Source of the DNA: Epiperipatus broadwayi
Lineage: Eukaryota; Animalia; Onychophora
NCBI GenBank assembly: GCA_028023455.1
Contig: JAQFVV010000009.1
Location: forward strand, 14,384,001 to 14,448,000
Reading direction: 5' to 3'
DNA: 64,000 nt
Shown here: in pieces, positions 40,825-52,479 of the stretch
How positions within the stretch are numbered: position 1 is the first letter of the stretch
Layout of the letters: the number at the start of each line of letters is the position of its first letter
Position numbers and translations under genes: made by a program
Notes under the pieces: model-generated
Databases searched by the model: none
What the model was told of the DNA's origin: nothing
The model's input: only the letters and a program-made list of their open reading frames with translations

Positions 40825-43800
40825 TCATGTGGAATTTACTATTAGATGAGGAGCTAACTTCAAATCTCTTTCTTTGATATCTTTTAATTTTTGTAAAAAA
40901 AATAATGTTGGATCAGGTATAACAGACTTGAAGATTAGGAAGCATCTGACAAACCATAGACAGAAAGTGATGAAAGTTACACTTCTTATAATTGCAAAAT
41001 CCCCATAAGCAAAACCTTCTATGAGTGTGTTGATAATTGGATGTTTTGGTGTATAAATTTTATTAATCAATATTCTACAGCCCCGAAGAGAGGAACAATC
41101 GTTGAAAATGTGAAATATGGTATCATTCTCCCTATGGCAGAGTGAGCAAATAGGGTCCAAAGATGAAAAACCTCTATACATCACAAAAAAGTGGCTTGTT
41201 GGAAGGGCATTGAGATTTAGCTTTAGAAGAAAGTCCAAATATTTTGGCTCTAGATTACATCTTTTATATTTCTTTATAATGGCAAAGTTTGTACAGGTGA
41301 GAATGTTATGATCTGGGATAATTGTTGAAAAAAAAAGAAGATAGGCATCCCAATAACGAAGTTTCATTGGTTTTATTTGAGTTAAAGGTGTGAGAATTTT
41401 TGCAATGTCAATTAAGACTTGTGTCAGCCAACCATCATTAATTGGAGGTGAAGTATCTGTAGGATGAATAAATAGAAAAGGTGAGTCATCAGGAAAAATC
41501 CCATTAAGTCTTGTAATGAGGTTATTTGATTTCCATAGACAAAGAACATGAAGTGAATGCAGTGACAAGCCCTTAAGTCTTGTTGGTCTCTGCACTCTTC
41601 TTAAGCTAATAACAACAGTTTTACCCTTCCACATTAATCTAGAGCAAAGAGAGTTTATATTCTGGATAAATTTTGATGAGAATTTAATGAACAGTATGTA
41701 GTAAGCAATTCTGGGGAACAGTAACATGTTGAGTAGGGCTGTTTTTGCAAATAATGATTTATAAACTTCTGAAAGTGAATCAATTATTTTTCTTGCAGAA
41801 TTCATGATAGTGTCTTGTATTAATTTCCTCATTGCTGCATGAGAGAGCTCATTGGTAAGCCCAAAAATTTTTGTGGCATAGATGTGAAAAGGGATGGAAT
41901 GGATTTTCCAGATGAAAGTTTCCATAAAGCAGATTTTCTAAGGTTAAACACAAGACATGACTCTATGGTGAAATTGTCCATAATTTGAATTAGTTTCGGT
42001 ATGAATTTTCTAGATGGTAAGAACACTGCCACATCATCTATGTAGAATATGTGCTGAATGGATTTATTGATACCGGGAATGTACAATCCATGAAGATTCA
42101 TCTCTAAAGATTTAAGGAATGGATTTATATATAGAATGAAGAGTAAGGGACTAAGAGGAGAACCCTGTGAAATCGACTTGGTAGGTGTGAATGAGTTTGA
42201 AATTTTTCCATTTAATGAAATTGCAATATGTCTGTTTAATAGAAGGTTAGTAATGATGTTCATTATACCTGTGGGAATGTTCAGACCACTTAGAAGATGT
42301 ATTAGTTGAGGAATTCTGACTGAGTCAAAAGCAGCTAAAATATCAAGTTGGACAACTATTGACTTTGACTTTTTATTTTTTCTTATATAATCCGTAATTA
42401 ACCTGAATAGGCAGAGTGCCTCAGCTGTGGAACTACCTTTTTTTCCAAATTGAAAACTAGAGATAAAAGGCAGAATGAGATTTTGAATTTTATCTTTGAT
42501 AATTGCTTCAATCAGTTTAATAATCAATGGAGTCATCGAGATTGGTCTAAGGTTCTCCAGAGGCAATGGGATAATAGCATTCTTAAGAAATGGGGCCATC
42601 ATAATGGGATAGAGTTGATCAATTGTAAGGGGACCTGAGGCAAGTATATCAATCATTCTACTCACTATTGGTACTGTGAAGGCTTCAAGATGTTTGAACA
42701 TGAATTTTGGTATTCCATGGATTCCAGGGTGTATTCTATCAGGCATGGATGAGAGTTTAGCTCTAATATCATCATTACATATACCATGAATTGTCTCACA
42801 AGAATATATAGATGTATCAAGCACCAAATTCTGTGAAACATCTACTAGCTTGTATTTATAATGATTTAAAATTTGTAAAATCATGCCATTACCCGAGAAA
42901 ATTATATTATTCACTGTGATTGCTTATGGAATTTTAGACTTACTTTGAAAACCCATAGCCCACCTTATATATCTCCTTGAGAAGTTATGAGATTTAGAGA
43001 GGTAAAGCCTCACCTTTTTAGTAGCCAGATAGTCTATTAGGATTTGGTGCATCTCTACATATTGTTGCTTCAGATCAATAATAACCTGTACAGATGCTGG
43101 TGATGGAGGTATATCTTTCAATGTTGTAATTAAGCTATCTGCTTTCTTAAGTAACCCAATCGGCCCTTTATTCTTTCTGTTGTAATGAGAAATCAAAGAA
43201 CTAAGAATATTTATAAAAGCAAACCAAGATTCAGCTGATGGAAGAGCTAGGATGTCTATTTTCTTGGGAAAAAATATAAGCTTCAGAGATAATCGCCTCT
43301 GGTGTAGCAGATTTTAGCAAAATTCTTATTGTAGATTTAAGGTGTACATAGGTTTGATTGGGTAAGTCTAATGTCAGATCAAGCATAATAGCATGGTGAT
43401 CAGAGAAAGGTAATGGTTGTAAAGATGGATTGATGAAGAAGTGCAGTTCCGGAGAGTAATATAATAGGTCTATAAGAGAAGAAAATTTCTTTGTATAAAA
43501 TGAACATGCATCATGTGGGAAAAAACCCTGTGCACACATGAAATGAGAATTTAGAAGGTGTAAAAATTTTGAATTGAAACAGTCATAAGTTGAGTTGAAG
43601 TATCCAAGAAGAATTGTAGGAAAAGGATTTGAGATAAGTCCTAAATTAATGAGATGTATTTGATTATGAATGAGCCCAATATCTTTGTTTAAGTAGAGAA
43701 AAACTACATTGAATTTGAAAGAGTTTATACAAATGGTTATAAAGATTAAATTAGAGTTTAAAAAGCTAATTCTGAAATTTTGTATCAGAGATTGGAAAGG

Positions 43801-44024
43801 AATAAGAAGAGCAACCCCAGCTGATGGGCTATTAGATGTAGAATAATGAAAGTAGCCTAATCTGTGCAATTTGTCAATTATCTTTTGATTTGAATTAATA
43901 TGTAATTTTGTCTCTCCAAACAAACTAAATGAGGCAAAAACTTCTTTGTCCAGTGAGCAAGAGCTTCAACTCTTTTATCAGAATTAAGCCCATGGATATT
44001 TAAGCCAGATATTTTTAATTTCAT
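40825..44024 (-). pseudogene. LINE ORF2: APE endonuclease, reverse transcriptase, C-terminal zinc finger (frameshifted)
   Basis: MKLKISGLNIHGL, ETKLH, ILLGYFNS, PFSDHHAI; LDILAAFDSV, ISQGSPLSPLLF, FYIDDVAV; CSLCHRENDTIFHIFNDC. Split across four ORFs. Confidence 0.93.
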
Positions 44025-44099
44025 TCAATATATATAAAGAAAAAAAAGTTTAAAGAATTAGCTTGAGTCTAGATATTTTGTATATTTAAAAAAAATCAT

Positions 44100-45704
44100 T
44101 TAGAGTATGAGTGACAATTCTTCAATCTTATCATGTTTTTTATCAAGGTTATCTGTAATATTAATATTATGTTCAATATCCATAAGTTTTTGAGGAGTGA
44201 CTTTTTTTGTAGAAATCTTGTCCATGTTTGAATTCCCTTTAGAAGTCATGGCAGACATCTGAGATTTAATTAATGTTAATTTCAGATTATCAGTTTTAAG
44301 TTTTTTGCTCTTGACATTTGTTTTGCACAATTCATTTCCAGAAGAACTTTTATTTGAGTCTGACAAAGCCTCAGAAGTCATTGAATGTGATTTTTCAATA
44401 AAATGCCTATTACCTCTTCCTGCCTTTCTTTTGGATTTTTGACGAGTATAAAAATAATTTGTTGTCATAATTCCATCCGAATCAGAGTCCATTAAGTGTG
44501 ACTTGTTATCTATAATCATTTGCATGTCATATTGTTCTTCTACAATATGGTTCTTTACAGGAAGTACAGGCATCAGAACTTCATGACTTTGTTCTTCTAC
44601 AATATGGTTCTTTACAGGAAATATAGGCATCAGAACTTCATGAGCTTGAGGCTGTATAAATAATTCTGAAGGTGATTGTAATGTAGCAAGTATATTTTGA
44701 TTTGAAGACCTATCACAGTTATGGAATTTGCTGTTTCTTCCCTTGCATTTAATGCAAATTCTAGCAGGGCAGTCTTTTATGAGATGTGTTCTTAGACGGC
44801 ATAGGAAACACTGTGGGGGAATACCCCGAAATGAAATTATAAGAGGAGCTGACTCTGTACAATGAATTGTAGGAATTGAAGTAGGAGACACACCTTTAAT
44901 AAGTGATAATTTAAATAGAGCAGAGTTTGTAATGACTTCAGTATTTGCCCTTTTTTCCAATATATATTTGAACTCTGAAATTGAACTATAAGGTTTTAAT
45001 AATTTTTGGAGATCATGTTGCCCGAAATTCAAATAACAGTTTCTTATATGGCCTGATAAGATTACTGGCCTGTTCATGTTTACATTAACCACTATTTTGT
45101 TGTTAATGATTTTAAGAAAATTTAGTAAAATGCTTTTCTGTATAATATTATGACATTGAATTATAAGATACCTATTATTTGGGTGATTTAGTAATTGATA
45201 AATATGAGACCATAATTTTTTTTCAGTAATTTCTTGGCAAAAATGATCAACAGAAAATCTAAAAATCTGTTTGTAACTGCCAGAACAATTGATTTTTCAT
45301 TAGTGTAGTTGATGAAAGATCTTAGAAATAATACTATTGATTTCATCTTGGTCTAAGTTAGCCACCGAGGCTGAATCATTATTAAAAATATTTTGCAATG
45401 AGGGAGATGCATCTTCATCACAAATATTGAATATATCATTATTAGATAAAGAATTGTTATCATGATTAATTCCTGATGTATTACATGGATTTAAGAGTAT
45501 ATTAGCATATGATTCTTTTTCAGAGTTGCTTATAACTGAAGGTAATTGAAGCAGTGAATGATTTATCTCATTACCCGATTTCTTATTGGATATATCAAAA
45601 TTAAAACTAGATTTAATAGTATTACATTTGTTATAAACAAATGAATCATTTTTAGCATTTGTAATATTATTTTTATCAAGTTGTGGGAAATCTTCTCCTT
45701 CCAT
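44100..45704 (-). pseudogene. LINE ORF1 with CCHC zinc knuckle (disrupted)
   Basis: Starts MEGEDFPQ at 45704; CFLCRLRTHLIKDC (C-x2-C-x4-H-x4-C); 57-bp internal duplication HEVLMP..PVKNHIVEEQ x2; stop or frameshift near 45100-45300. Confidence 0.85.
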
Positions 45705-45723
45705 AATGTCATCATTTTGCACA

Positions 45724-46223
45724 NNNNNNNNNNNNNNNNNNNNNNNNNNNNNNNNNNNNNNNNNNNNNNNNNNNNNNNNNNNNNNNNNNNNNNNNNNNNN
45801 NNNNNNNNNNNNNNNNNNNNNNNNNNNNNNNNNNNNNNNNNNNNNNNNNNNNNNNNNNNNNNNNNNNNNNNNNNNNNNNNNNNNNNNNNNNNNNNNNNNN
45901 NNNNNNNNNNNNNNNNNNNNNNNNNNNNNNNNNNNNNNNNNNNNNNNNNNNNNNNNNNNNNNNNNNNNNNNNNNNNNNNNNNNNNNNNNNNNNNNNNNNN
46001 NNNNNNNNNNNNNNNNNNNNNNNNNNNNNNNNNNNNNNNNNNNNNNNNNNNNNNNNNNNNNNNNNNNNNNNNNNNNNNNNNNNNNNNNNNNNNNNNNNNN
46101 NNNNNNNNNNNNNNNNNNNNNNNNNNNNNNNNNNNNNNNNNNNNNNNNNNNNNNNNNNNNNNNNNNNNNNNNNNNNNNNNNNNNNNNNNNNNNNNNNNNN
46201 NNNNNNNNNNNNNNNNNNNNNNN
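45724..46223. other. 500-N assembly gap
   Basis: N run flanked on both sides by the same 20-mer, taatgtcatcattttgcaca. Confidence 0.99.
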
Positions 46224-46346
46224 TAATGTCATCATTTTGCACAAAATCAAAGATAGATTCTTAGACTGTAATAGATTGAAGAATTTTTAAATTCCTCAAA
46301 GTTTAATTAAAGCCCATTAAACAATCATATAAAACTTGCTTTTGAA

Positions 46347-46451
46347 GTCTTGCGTTGTTAGCCGAGAGGTATCGCAGCCACCATGCAAGCAAGTAGTTGG
46401 TTGCAGACGGGTGTGGGTTCACGTCCCGGCAGATGCTATGACATGAAAAAA
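46347..46451 (+). mobile_element. tRNA-derived SINE (Ser/Leu-like long variable arm)
   Basis: A-box TAGCCGAGAGG, B-box GGTTCACGTCC, A tail; 16-bp TSD aaaacttgcttttgaa (46331-46346, 46452-46467). Confidence 0.88.
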
Positions 46452-46570
46452 AAAACTTGCTTTTGAAAGTAGATTAATAATAACCATTTTCAAAACTTTT
46501 AAAATCCATTGCTATTAACTATTATTTAGATAATAACCCTAATTTTGCACAAAGCTAGATGGTTCACAAA

Positions 46571-46785
46571 TGTAAATCACATAATAACAGCCCAAACTTA
46601 TCTATACCCATAAATCTTCAATCTGTTGCCAAGGCAATCCTCCAAAGAAAGAAAATCCATTTTTTATTTATAGAGGTTGCCTTGATAACAGGGAGACTTC
46701 TATTTTTTACTTATAGAGGTTAACTTGACAATAGATTGTAGATTTATGGTTAAGATAAGTTTGAACTATTTTCATATGATTTATA
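46571..46785. repeat. degenerate foldback / MITE
   Basis: About 70-bp imperfect inverted arms (caaacttatct..ccataaatct.caatct.ttg.caag). Confidence 0.7.
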
Positions 46786-46994
46786 TATATGTACATATTT
46801 TTTAACAAGAACTCATTAAGTAACAAACACTTTTCAAGATATACTTAATTGTTTATTAATCTTTTTTATTCAAATTTATTACATTTAATGTTAGATATAG
46901 ATTTTAAATTTGATAAAGTTCAAATATACTTATAATAAATATATTTTACATAAGTGTAATGTTAATTTTATAGATATATTACATAAATTATTTT

Positions 46995-47305
46995 TAAATA
47001 GAGGGATTTGAACTTAGGAATTTTCAGCTATTATTTTCCACTCCATCTAAACCAACCTGCACAGATGGCCACATACATGCAAAAAAGCATAGATGATCCC
47101 CAATATATGTTTCTGTGCAGAACCAGCACTCATCAGTTGGTCTAAATCATAATCTCTCACACATATATACAATCAGTGCTCAGTGTATATTATTATAGCA
47201 ATTCCTTAAACTTTAATGGATAGAATTCAATCTTCTCATCCCTCCCCCAACTATTCAACTGATCATTATGTTGAAAAACCAATGATGGAACATTCAAAAC
47301 CCTCT
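46995..47305 (-). mobile_element. family C fragment C5 with hammerhead motif
   Basis: Minus strand at about 47100-47140: CCAA-CTGATGA-GTGC-TGGTTCT-GCAC-A-GAAA-CATAT-A-TTGG. Confidence 0.78.
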
Positions 47306-47530
47306 ATTTACTTATATAGGAAACATTTAGTACACTGAATGCATAGGTTAAATAAAGATTTTAAGCAAACACTTATCCACAATAAACATTTTTAGATAAA
47401 TACATAATTGATTATTAAACATTTTTATTAGAATATATTACTGTACATTAATCTTAGAAATGTAGTCTTTACATACCTTCGTCTATAATCAAAATTGAAA
47501 AGGAATAAAAATCCTTATGCTGCTTTTCCA

Positions 47531-48328
47531 CAAAATAATAAACAAAAATAATAATAATAATTCTTTACAACAGCTATATAATCAAATAATAATTTTATAC
47601 ATAAAAAGCTTTTTTTAGCACCTGCTTTGGTGCCCTTTTCAAATGTTATTAATTTATATAACGCTAACGAATCACCTGACATAAAAACATTCAATGTTCA
47701 ATAATGGAATTAAAACAAACAATAATAATATAAATAATTAAAACAAATCAAAACCCTCATATGTAAATTCAATAATTACAAAACAATTGATTATATCATA
47801 GCAATATGTTAAAACAATATTACATACATTTTTTATACAATTATATATATCAACTTATATAATTTTCCATTCATTTTTAATCAACCAATTATTATAAATA
47901 TTTATAAGACTTCTAGAAATTTGGTTATAATTGGTTGATTAAAAATGAATGGAAAATTATATAAGTTGATTATAAATTTCTTTTTTTTTTTTTTTATAAG
48001 TTGATTATATATAATTATATAAAAAAATGCATGTAATAGTGTTTTAACATATTGCTATGATATAATCAATTGTTTTGTAATTATTGAATTTATATATGAG
48101 GGTTTTGATTTGTTTTAATTATTTATATTATTATTGTTTGTTTTAATTCCATTATTGGATACTGGATGTTTTTATGTCAGGTGATTCATTAACGTTATAT
48201 AGATTAGTAACATTTGAAAAGGGCACTAAAGCGGGTGCTAAAAGAAGCTTTTCATATATAAAATTATTATTTGATTATATAGCTGTTGTAAAGAGTTATT
48301 ATTATTATTTTTTTGATTATTACTTTGT
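47531..48328. repeat. ~800-bp foldback palindrome
   Basis: About 360-bp inverted arms around a ~34-bp spacer (47893-47926). The right arm carries a poly(T) insert flanked by ataagttgatta x2. Confidence 0.9.
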
Positions 48329-50269
48329 CTATAAATATTTCCAATTTTTTTTTATTCGAGCACCAAGATAATATTTATAATTAATGACTCACTTTTACAT
48401 TTTAAATATATAATTTTAAATTCATGCTAATGACTTCTAAGGTACATTTGAACAAACAGATCTCTTCAGTTTGATATTTATAAACACTACATAAAATACT
48501 AATATTTTTAAATTTATTAGATATGTAAAATAGCAATTTTCTGAGTTGCCTCATTTCCTATACATTTTAGATTTTCAAATAGCCATTTTAATACAATTTT
48601 TTTTTAAAAATGAAGATTTGTATTTGAAATAAATAATACAAATCATTTTAAAATAGTAGACATTTTTACTTAAGTGACACCGAAAATTAAAAATGTAAAA
48701 GATCAGAGGCAGTAGACAAAATATTTCAGAATAGAATCTGCATCAACAATCACTATTTCAAATATTTGCAATAAATTTTTAGCATTAAGAAAACATCATT
48801 GATTCAAGTGTTATCTTTTGGCAGTGATTTTACAGGTAATATGATCTCATTTTATATTATTGGGAGTTATGTTGTTCCACAGGAAAAACTGGGATTGAGA
48901 TGCAGCCAAAGTCAATACCATCAGTTGACAATGTCACATGCACTTTGTAAACAATTGATTTTGCAATGCAAATTTTAAATTATGGTAAGGCTCCACAAGA
49001 GATCCAAAAAGGCCACAAGTCCCACACACCTGATATATGGCATTAGGAGGGCTATAAGTGGGTTGACTTAAAAATTAGGTTGAAATTCATCTTAAAAAAT
49101 AATTAGCATGTTTTTTTCACTGTTTACAACTATATATATTTGAAATGTAAAATGTACATTAGGCATAATATTTAAAAATATAATAATAGCATGGGAAATG
49201 ATTTAAAAAAAAGAATAATTGAAGGAAATGGAGATCTCTATACCTCTGCATAAAAATATCATGTAAATGCATATAAATTTTATTAAATTTTAATCTACAT
49301 TCAAAATTAAAAAAAATTTAGTTTACAATTAATGAAGATTGGTTAATATTTATCTTTGTATATATCAAAAAACAATTGTCTTAAATAAGTATCCACTAAA
49401 ATACTGTATGTGTATATATATATATATATAAGTAAATTGCACAATATACTTTAATAATGCTGTATTGCATTTGAAATTCTATTGAAAAGAGACAAGTTGA
49501 GTTAAAATGCATCTTAGGAACTATCAGCATATTTTTTACGTCTACAATCTTTTTTTAAAAAAATTATAAGTTTGTTGTAAATACTATACAATCAATAATG
49601 CATAGAATGAAGTTATTTTCATATTTTTTATTACACTGTTTTTATATGAGATAGGGGTAAAATATGTTTTAATAATTAATGAAGCACTAAACAATATATG
49701 TAACTAAGCAAATTTTCTAAATTTGTAAATAACCCATTTATTTCAAAATTTATTTTGTTACAACTATCTATAAGTATATAAAAGTTCCAGGCACTTCTTT
49801 CTTTCTCTCTCTCTCTGCCTATACATGTACTCAATGAACAACAACTACACTGCTCATTCACTACTGATTTATATTATAAAAGAATAAAGTTTATAAAGAT
49901 TCTGTTTTGAAGAATTTAGCACTATGAAATGTTTGATTGTAAATAATTTCAAGATTTAAAATGAAACAAATTCCTTTTACATTACATAAAAATATCAGAC
50001 TACTAATCTGGATGTAGATATTCAGATTTTTCAACTGCTATATCACTCAATGAGGGAAAAATACTTATGAAGCAAATATATAATGATAGAAGATGGTCTG
50101 GCATTTTTATGCACTGCTAGATAACTATGACAAAATAAATTTTGAAATAAAAATAATAAATTAGAAAAAATTTGCTTCATTACACATTCTATAACATTCC
50201 ATTAATTATTAAAGCATATTTTATTGTAAGATCCTAATTTCTGCACTACAAAATGTTAGAAGTGATAGA

Positions 50270-50402
50270 TGCCAATCCCATCTCATGTAAGATTGGTGTG
50301 CATTAGGATGTACAAAATACTTTACTTTCAGTTTGGTTATTGCCAGTCCCATCTCATGTAAGATTGGTGTGCATTAGGTTACTTTACTTTCGGTTTGGTT
50401 AT
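50270..50402. repeat. ~70-bp tandem duplication
   Basis: cca.tcccatctcatgtaagattggtgtgcattagg occurs twice. Confidence 0.85.
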
Positions 50403-50789
50403 TTCATTCCACAATATACACACATACATAATGGATATTTTCCATCTAATAATTTAGATAAAGTTATAGATATATCATAAACTGTCAATAATTAATTAAA
50501 ATTAGCAATGCAAGTTAAAACTATATAATAACAGTAGTATTTGTATAATTTATGTTTGACCAAAAGTAGACATTTTTACTTTAATATTCTAACTATTAGC
50601 AATAAATTAGATATGGTTGCTTTATATATGTGAAAATTTGAAAATTAATCAAAAATTTTCCACATTCATTTAAAGGTTTTTTTTTAACTTATAAATGGAA
50701 ACATTGAAAATATAATGGTAACTATCCATGTAATAATCAAGTTACAGCTATGTTTTAACCAGGCAATTACTAATTTAAATGAGCCATAT

Positions 50790-51083
50790 AATCTAGTAAT
50801 AATAATAGTATTTGACTTATTTTAAACAAAAGCAAATAATCTTAAACTTAATATTTAAGCAGATATAAAAGTAATAAATCAGAAATAGATACTCTTATAA
50901 CAGTTTGAATATTAAACTAAAAGTAGTCTGCTTTTTAATCTAGTAATAATAATAGTATTTGACTTATTTTAAACAAAAGCAAATAATCTTAAACTTAATA
51001 CTTAAGCAGATATAAAAGTAATAAATCAGAAATAGATACTCTTATAACAATTTGAATATTAAACTAAAAGTAGTCTGCTTTTT
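50790..51083. repeat. 147-bp near-perfect tandem duplication
   Basis: aatctagtaataataatagt...aaagtagtctgcttttt starts at 50790 and 50937. Confidence 0.92.
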
Positions 51084-51446
51084 GGTTAACATAAGTTATT
51101 CAAATACTATTGTTGACTAGATTACAAGGTTTCAGCTTGCATTGCCAATTTTAATTGATGCTTGTATTACAACAACATAGTTGTAACTTTATATGGATTA
51201 ATACATAAAAAACTATCAATAACTTCAATGTTTACATCTTAGACTATGAAGATATTAATCCATTTATTATCTATTGAGGTTACCCTGATAGTAGATTGCT
51301 GGTATTCTACTGGCTTATTTAAGTTTTAGTTGTTGTGATGTGAGGCTATTTATATGATGATAACCAATCACCTGCAGCTGTGTGGGCAAGTAATTGTGTT
51401 TTGTATATATGAAATAATCTCAGTGTATAACGTTAGTTGAAATTAA

Positions 51447-51642
51447 ATATCAAATTACTCTCTAAACGTTAAAAAATTTCAGCTATGCTCTCTGTGAATA
51501 TATATAAAAGACTGAATCTCAAACAGCCAGTCCAAAAAAAGTACCTTTTTTAGACGGGTTGTTTGAATGTAGGACTTTCGTATGTGTATTCAAAGAGGAC
51601 ATAGTTTGAAATTTCTTAACGTTTGGAGAGTGATTTTATATA
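51447..51642. repeat. small MITE-like element
   Basis: About 40-bp imperfect TIR: atatcaaattactctctaaacgttaaaaaatttcagctatg versus the reverse complement of catagtttgaaatttcttaacgtttggagagtgattttatat. Confidence 0.65.
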
Positions 51643-52041
51643 GATATTATTTTGTTTTAAATTTCATTAATTATATGTAATCAATTTTCATATGTATGTT
51701 GAATTGTTCTATGAAGTGTATAATTATTCTTTGATCTTTTATAATTTTCCGTTCCCATTCAACTTAATGCATTCTCTCTATAAAATATGTGTAAATATAA
51801 ACATGGACTCTTTTAATATAAAATATATTATTCAAGGTATGATTCTTCTTTGGATTTTTATGCAAGTGAAAATTGGATACCAAAGAATCGTTAGGGAGTA
51901 TTTCTGACAACGATAAAAATAATCAAATGGATATTTGCTCAAATCAAATTCATCTAATTAAAATTATCTTATCAAAGTCATATCATATCTAATTCATTAA
52001 AAAAGACATAAAAAACAGAATGTCCAGCAATGAGATGATGT

Positions 52042-52185
52042 AGTCTATTACTACTACTATTACTACAGCAACTACTACTAACTACTACTACTACTAATGT
52101 AGTCTATTACTACTACTATTACTATAACAACTACTACTACTACTACTATTATTATTAGTAAGAGTAGTAGTAATAATAGTAGTAT
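52042..52185. repeat. impure (TAC)n microsatellite with internal duplication
   Basis: gtagtctattactactactattacta occurs twice, followed by a switch to (TAG)n. Confidence 0.9.
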
Positions 52186-52479
52186 GTTTCAAAGCAGAAC
52201 TTTATTGATGACCAAAGGGTTACATTTGCTATAAGCCACTCCATATACATATGTTTACATTGCTAGTGAAAAGAACGAGTTATAAATCTTTTTATGATTA
52301 TAAATTTTTGGGGGAGGACTGGTAGTTTAAATATTTATTTGTTAATTTATCTTTGAATATATCTTATACAATTAATGTTGAGTGGGGTGCAGACACATAT
52401 GTATACATTACATTTGTGATCTATATTTCTATAATTTAAGTTCTCGAAAACAATCTTGTGTTCTCACTGTTAGTTGCAA

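Larger units (their letters stand above)
40708..46247 (-). mobile_element. full-length L1/Tx1-clade non-LTR retrotransposon
   Basis: Exact 16-bp TSD caaagatagattctta at 40692-40707 and 46248-46263; ORF1 plus ORF2; AATAAA about 12 nt from the 3' end; no poly(A) tail. Confidence 0.93.

Noticed and set aside
45681-46290. Long ORFs spanning X runs
   Set aside because: Artefacts of the N gap; only the minus-strand part from 45704 is LINE ORF1.
46347-46430. Possible tRNA gene
   Set aside because: No proper acceptor stem; the A-tail and TSD indicate a SINE.
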